Source: the human T2T-CHM13v2.0 reference genome, Homo sapiens
DNA: 64,000 nt
NCBI RefSeq assembly: GCF_009914755.1
Contig: NC_060937.1
Strand: one strand, 5' to 3'
Below the pieces are notes generated by a model that was not told the DNA's origin, did not search any database, and was given only the letters and a program-made list of their open reading frames with translations. Below are positions 58,050 to 64,000 of the stretch, piece by piece; within the stretch, counting starts at the first letter, position 1, and each line of letters begins with the position of its first letter. A program made the position numbers and the translations under genes.

Positions 58050-60000
58050 GGGGTGGCATCATCCAAGTGGCTGGCTTTTGCACTGATACACTGTATTGTG
58101 CCACTCTGGACAGCACACATCCAGTGACTGGCTTTTGCAGGGGTATAAAGACCTAGAACCTTTGCTTCAATTTTGGTCAATTCCAAAATGCTATCTCAAC
58201 CTCTGATGCAAATGCATCGTGGTTCAACTTCTGCCTCTGACAAATTTTGCTTCCCTCAATATCTCATAGGTATAATTTCTGAGAGCATTCTTCCATAATA
58301 TCTTGTGCACATATTCTACTGTTAAGTCCCCAAACCCAACCCCCAGGACACCTGACCTAAGTCAGTTGAGAAGTGGTGAGAAGTGTTTTGAAAGTCCTCT
58401 GAAATAGGACTTTAGAGCTGAATTACTGCTGGTTAGAAGACAATGAGATTTCTATCATTAGTGATAGTGGGGTATGTGCAGCTTTTGCATGCCATATCAG
58501 TGCATTTGGAAAAGACTTTCACAAGTAGTGAACTGGGATAAAGTATTGGTGGATGGCAATATACTGGTGGGTACATTATCTCAGAGATTTAATAGTTTGG
58601 GACATGTCAATTTAAATTTATATTTTGTAACATCATATGACTCTCCCTGCATGTCATTAAAATAATGGAGAAATATATTGAGGGGTGAGGGCAATTGCTC
58701 AAGAATAAGGCAAACTGTAAAAATCATAAGGCCTCCATATCAGTATATAAAAAGACTTTCCTCTTTGCAGCTCAAATTCAGGGAAAGCAAGAACTAGACT
58801 TTATTAGGCTCCTTAGAATGTCAAATTCTAAATTCTTCAGTTTTTATTTTGTAAAGATTAGGGGTCTGGTTTAGAAGGAAATGGATTCTGAGACTTAGAA
58901 TGGAGGCATATGTGTTAATATACTCCAGGACTTGAAAATTCATATTTCTTAAACCTTCTAGGCCAACAAAAGTAGCTATACTTCTCTCTATTAAAGATTA
59001 ACACTCCCTTCCTGCCTAAAGACAATGAAGAGGCTTCGGTTTTGCAGGAAAACTGGCACTCTACTCTGAACTTACAGCCACCTTCATTGTTAGCCATCTG
59101 AGCAAACACTAAGGTCAAATCACAATGTAGGCCAGGAGCAGTGGCTCATGCCTATAATCCCAACACTTTGCGAGGCCAAAGCAGGAGGATTCCTTGAGTT
59201 TAGGAATTTAAGACAAGCCTAGGCAATATAGTGAGACTCCATCTCTATAAAAAAAAAAAGAAACATATATTTGTGTATAGTCTTTATATATTTTTATATA
59301 TTTATATTAATAAATATATATTTATGTAATAATATTTTATATATATATATGAATTACCTAGGCATGGTGGCACATGCCTATAGTCTCAGCTACTCTGGAG
59401 GCTGAGGTGGAAAGATCATTTGAGCCCAGGAGGTCAAGGCTGCAGAGTCATGATTACACCACCATACTCCAGACTGGGTGAGAGAGCAAGACCCCTACTG
59501 AAAAAAAAAATTGCTATGTAACAGAGCCAAGGTAGAGCTAGGTATATTAAGTGAGGAAAGGCACTGTAAACTCTAAGATCAGTGGGACGTACTCAACATG
59601 GATTAGTAGGAGCTGGGAGAGTGTGTATGGAGGAAGGTCTTGAGAGCTGAAATATAGCTCTGAAATATAAATTTAGATAAGACAGAGTTCATTGATATGG
59701 AATCACTCTTTTAATACAGACCCCCTAAAAGGTTGGTGTTAACACATGGGTAAATTGACTCCTTAGAAAAAGCAATGGCCTACCCAAGGCAAAGTAAAAA
59801 ATGCAAGAAAAACTTTGAAAAAATGGTGAAGGTAGGAATAAGAAAGCTCAGATAAATGCAATATAAAGTGGGTATTCTATGAAGGTCAGGAAAGCCACTA
59901 GCAAATATTTCTGTAGGATGAAAAGGGGGACACTGTTTACAAAACAATAAAGAATATCTTGTTGGGAAAGCACCAGCAATTTTCAGATCAATCGTGAATG
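58050..60000 (+). mobile_element. ERVL LTR (LTR16/LTR33-like, to ~58364) plus adjoining internal sequence (ERV3-16A3-like), interrupted by AluJ
   Basis: LTR end ccaggacacctgacctaagtca followed by gttgagaagtgg...ggactttagagctgaattact; later ggaaatggattctgagacttagaatggag and gagttcattgatatggaatcactc. Confidence 0.6.
59130..59510 (+). mobile_element. AluJ with linker expanded into a (TA)-rich tract
   Basis: Left arm 59130-59247, AT tract to ~59350, J-type right arm; degenerate TSD aaatcacaatgta/aaattgctatgta. Confidence 0.9.
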
Positions 60001-60011
60001 TTCTTTATGAT

Positions 60012-63000
60012 CCAACACCAAAAAACTGTGCTGGTATCCATGGCTGCAAGACCTGAAGACAGATCACATCCTAGGACTCTTTGCAGACACTGCCCACTAC
60101 GAGCCCAGAGCCTGGTAGCTCTGCTGGGTGTCTAGACCCAGAAGAGCAAAACAATTGCTAAGTTCACCTTTCAGGAAGCCCCATTCCTAAGGGAAGGGGG
60201 AGAACACAACATCAAGGGAGTACCCTGTGGGACAAAATAATCTGAACAGCACCCCTTGAATTTCAGATCTTCCTTAAGACATAGTCTACCAAAATGGGAA
60301 GGAACCCGAAAAACAATTCTAGTAATATGACAAAACAAGGTTCTTTGACACCCGCTAAAGATCATACCAGCTCACCAGCAATGGATCCAACCTAAAACAA
60401 AATATCAGAATTGCCAGAAAAATAGTTCAGAAGTTCAATTATTAAGCTAATCAAGGAGGCATGAGAGAAAGGTGAAGTCCAACTTAAATCATAAAACATG
60501 ATTCATAATGTGAAAGGAAAATTCTTCAGTGAAATAGAGAGCATAAATGAAAAACAATCACAACTTCTGTAAATCAATAACACACAGAGAAATGCAAAAC
60601 GCACTGGGAAGTCTCAGCAGTAGAATTAAACAAGCAGAATAAAGAACTCTAAGATAAGGCTTCTGAATTAACTCAATCTATCATAGACAAAGAAAAAAGA
60701 ATTTTAAAAACTTAACAAAGTCTCCAAAAAGTTTAGGACTATGTTCAACCTCCAAACCTAAGAATAATTGGTGTTCCTGAGGAATAAGAGAAATCTAAAA
60801 GTTTGGAAAATATGTTTGAGGGAATAATAGAGGAAAACTTCTCTGGTCTTGCTAAACATCTAGATATCCACATTCAAGAAGCTCAATGAACACCCAGGAA
60901 ATTCATCACAAAAAGATCATCACCTAGGCACATAGTAATCAGGTTAACTAAAGTCAAGACGAAGGAAATAAGAGATGTGAGGCAAAAGAATCAGGTAATC
61001 GATAAAGGAAAACCTATCAGATTAACAGCAGATTTCTCAGCAGAAACACTACAAACCAGAAGGGACTGGGGTCCTACTTTTAGCCTCCTAAAACAAAACG
61101 ATTACCAGCCAAGAATTTTGTATCCAGTGAAACTAAGCTTTGTAACGAAGAAAAGATACAGTTCCTTTCCAGACAAACAAATGGTGAGAGAATTCACCAC
61201 TGCTAAACCAGCATTACAAGAATTGCTAAAAGGAGCTCTAAATCTTGAAACAAATCCTTGAAATACACCAAAATAGAATCTCCTTAAAGCATAAGTCTCA
61301 CAGGACATATAAAACAATAACACAATGAAAAAAAACAAAACGTATTCAGGCAACAAATAGCGTGATGAATAGAATAGTCCCTCACATCTCAGTACTAACA
61401 TTGAATGTAAATGGCCTAAATGCCCCATTTAATGATACAGCATGGCAGAATGAATAAGAATTCATCAACCAAGTTTCTACTGTCTTCAGTAGACTCACCC
61501 AACACATAAGGACTCACATAAAATTAAGATAAAGGGGTGGAAAAAGATATTCCATGCAAATGGACACCAGAAGCAAGCAGGTTTAACTATTCTTATATAT
61601 ATCAGACAAAACAAACTTTCAAGCAACAGCAGTTAAAAAAGACAAAGAGGGACATTATGTAATTGTAATAGGAATAGTCCAACAGGAAAATATCAACATT
61701 CTAAATATATATGCATCTAACACTGGAGCTCATAAATTTATAAAACAATTATTACTAGTCCTAAGAATTGAGATAGATGGCAACACGATAATCATGGGGG
61801 ACTTCAATACTCCACTGACTGCACTGGACAGGTCATCAAGACTGGGTCAACAAAGAAACAATGGACTTAAAATATACCCCACAAATAATGGACTTAAAAG
61901 CTATTTACAGAACATTCTGCCCAATAACTGTAGAATATAAATTCTATTCATCAGCACATGGAACATTCTCCAAGATAGACCATATGATAGGCCACAAAAC
62001 AAGTATCAATAAATTTAAGAAAATTAAAAGTATATCAAGTACTCTCTCAGACCACAGTGGAATAAAATTGAAAATCAACTCCAAAAGTAACCCTCAAAAC
62101 AATGAGAATACATGGAAATTAAATAACCTACTCCTCAATAATCATGGGGTCAAAAGTGCAATCAAGATGGAAATTGAAAAATTCTTTGAACTGAATGATA
62201 ATAGCAACACAACCTATCAAAACCTCTGGGATACAGCAAAAGCAGTGCTAAGAGAAAAGTTCACAGCACTAAATGCCTCCATCAAAAAGTCTGAAAAACA
62301 CAAATAGACAATCTAACGTCACACCTCACAGAACTAGAGAAATAAGAACAATCCAAACCCAAACCCAGCAAAGAAAAGAAATAACGAAGATCAGAGCAGA
62401 ATTAAATGAAATTAAACAAAAAAAAAGATAAATGAAACAAAATGCTGGCTCTTTGAGAAAATAAAATTGATAGACCATTAGCAAGAATAATCAAGAAAGG
62501 AAGAGAGATCCAGTAAGCCCAAATAGAAATGAAATGGGAGATATTACAACTGATACCACAAAAATACCAAAGATTATCCAAGGCCACTATGAACACCTTC
62601 ATGTGCATAAAATAGAAAATCTAAAGGAAATAAATAATTTTTTTTTTTGAAATATACAACCCTCCTAGATTAAACCAGGAATATATAGAATCTCTGAATA
62701 GACCAAGAACAAGCAGTGAGATTGAAATATTAATAAAACAATTTCCAACCAAAAAAAGTCCAGGACTAGATGGATTCATACCTGAATTCTATCAGACATT
62801 CAAAGAAGAATTGGTACTAATCCTATTGACAATATTCCAAATAGAGACAGAAAAAGAAGGAATCCTTCCTAAATCGTTCTATGAAGCCAGTAACACCATA
62901 ATACAAAAACCAGGGGAGGATATCACAAAAAAAGAAAAAAAGAAAGAAAACTACAGACAAATATCTGATAAACATAAATGCAAAAATCCTCAACAAACTG

Positions 63001-64000
63001 CTAGCAAACTGAATCCAACAGCATATCAAAAGATAATCCACCGTGATCAAGGAGGTTTCATACCAGGGATGCAGGGATTGTTTAACATATGTAGGTCAAT
63101 AAATGTGATACACCACATAAACAGCATTATAAACAAAATGATTATCTCAATAGATGCAGAAAAAAATTTCACAAAATTTAGCATGCCTTTATGATTAAAA
63201 GTCTCAGCAAAATCAGTATAGAACAGAAATACCTTAAGGTAATAAAAGCCATTTATGACAAACCCACAACCAACATTATACTGAATGAGGAAAAATTGAA
63301 AGCATTTCCTGTGAGAACTTGAAGAAGACAAGGATGTGCACTTTCACCACTTCTATTCAACATAGTACTGGAAGTCCTAGCCAGAGCAATCAGACAAGAA
63401 AAAGAAATAAAGGGCATCCAAAATAGTGAAGAGGAAGTAAAATTGTTGCTGTTTGCTGATGATATGATTTTATACCTAGGAAACCCTAATGATTCATACA
63501 TAAAGCTTCTAGAACTGATAAATTCAGCAAAGTTTCAGGATATGAAATTAATGTACACAAATCAGTAGCACTGCTGTACACCAAGTAGCAGTAGCACTGC
63601 TGTACACCAAGTAGCAGTAGCACTGCTGTATCACCAAAGTGATAATCAGATCGAGAACTCAACTCCTTTCACAGTAGATGCAAAGAAAAGAAAATACTTA
63701 GGAACATACCTAACCAAAGACATGAAAGACCTCTACAAAGAAAACTACAAAACACTGCTGAGAGAAATTATAGACAACACAAACAAATGGAAACACACCC
63801 CATGCTCATGGATGGGTAGAATCAGTATTGTGAAAATGACTATACTGCTGAAAATGATTTACAAATTCAATGCAATTCCCATCAAAATACCACCATCATT
63901 CTTCACAGAACCAGAAAAAAATCCTAAAATTCATATAGAACCAAAAAAAAAAAAAAGCTTGCATAGCCAAAACAAGACTAAGCCAAAAGAGGCATCACAC
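60012..64000 (+). mobile_element. L1PB-type LINE: partial 5'UTR, decayed ORF1 and ORF2, continues off the right edge
   Basis: ORF1 ATG at 60294; KGKPIRLTADFSAETLQ; endonuclease [15 protein letters not shown] and SDHSGIKL; RT FADD codons at 63452-63463; many stops and frameshifts. Confidence 0.95.
63563..63641 (+). repeat. 26-bp tandem triplication inside L1 ORF2
   Basis: cagtagcactgctgtacaccaagtag twice identically, plus a variant third copy. Confidence 0.95.

Noticed and set aside
61860-61900. atggacttaaaa repeated twice
   Set aside because: Largely intrinsic to L1 ORF2 sequence at this position
63563-63641. CRISPR-like short repeats
   Set aside because: Head-to-tail copies with no spacers, inside a primate L1

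Overview
AT-rich, CpG-poor primate (almost certainly human) non-coding DNA, intergenic or deep intronic, dominated by interspersed repeats. An Alu carrying all five AluYa5 diagnostic bases points to human. I find no host protein-coding gene, RNA gene or CRISPR-like array. Every recognisable ORF is a decayed L1 ORF1/ORF2 or Tigger1 transposase fragment, or an Alu/low-complexity read-through. Main structures: (1) an old minus-strand L1 (6121-14245) carrying a MER4 LTR, AluYa5, a two-LTR MSTA element (itself hit by a MER50-like LTR) and an AluY; (2) several L1 3' ends, one with a twin-priming inversion; (3) a one-ended Tigger1; (4) a long L2; (5) an ERVL LTR plus internal region; (6) a plus-strand L1PB running off the right edge. 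I see no evidence for a new biological system. The findings are mechanistic scars (templated insertions, a poly(A)-only insertion, twin priming, micro-duplications) and candidate polymorphisms. Subfamily names come from recalled consensus sequences and need RepeatMasker/Dfam confirmation. Boundaries of old elements are approximate.
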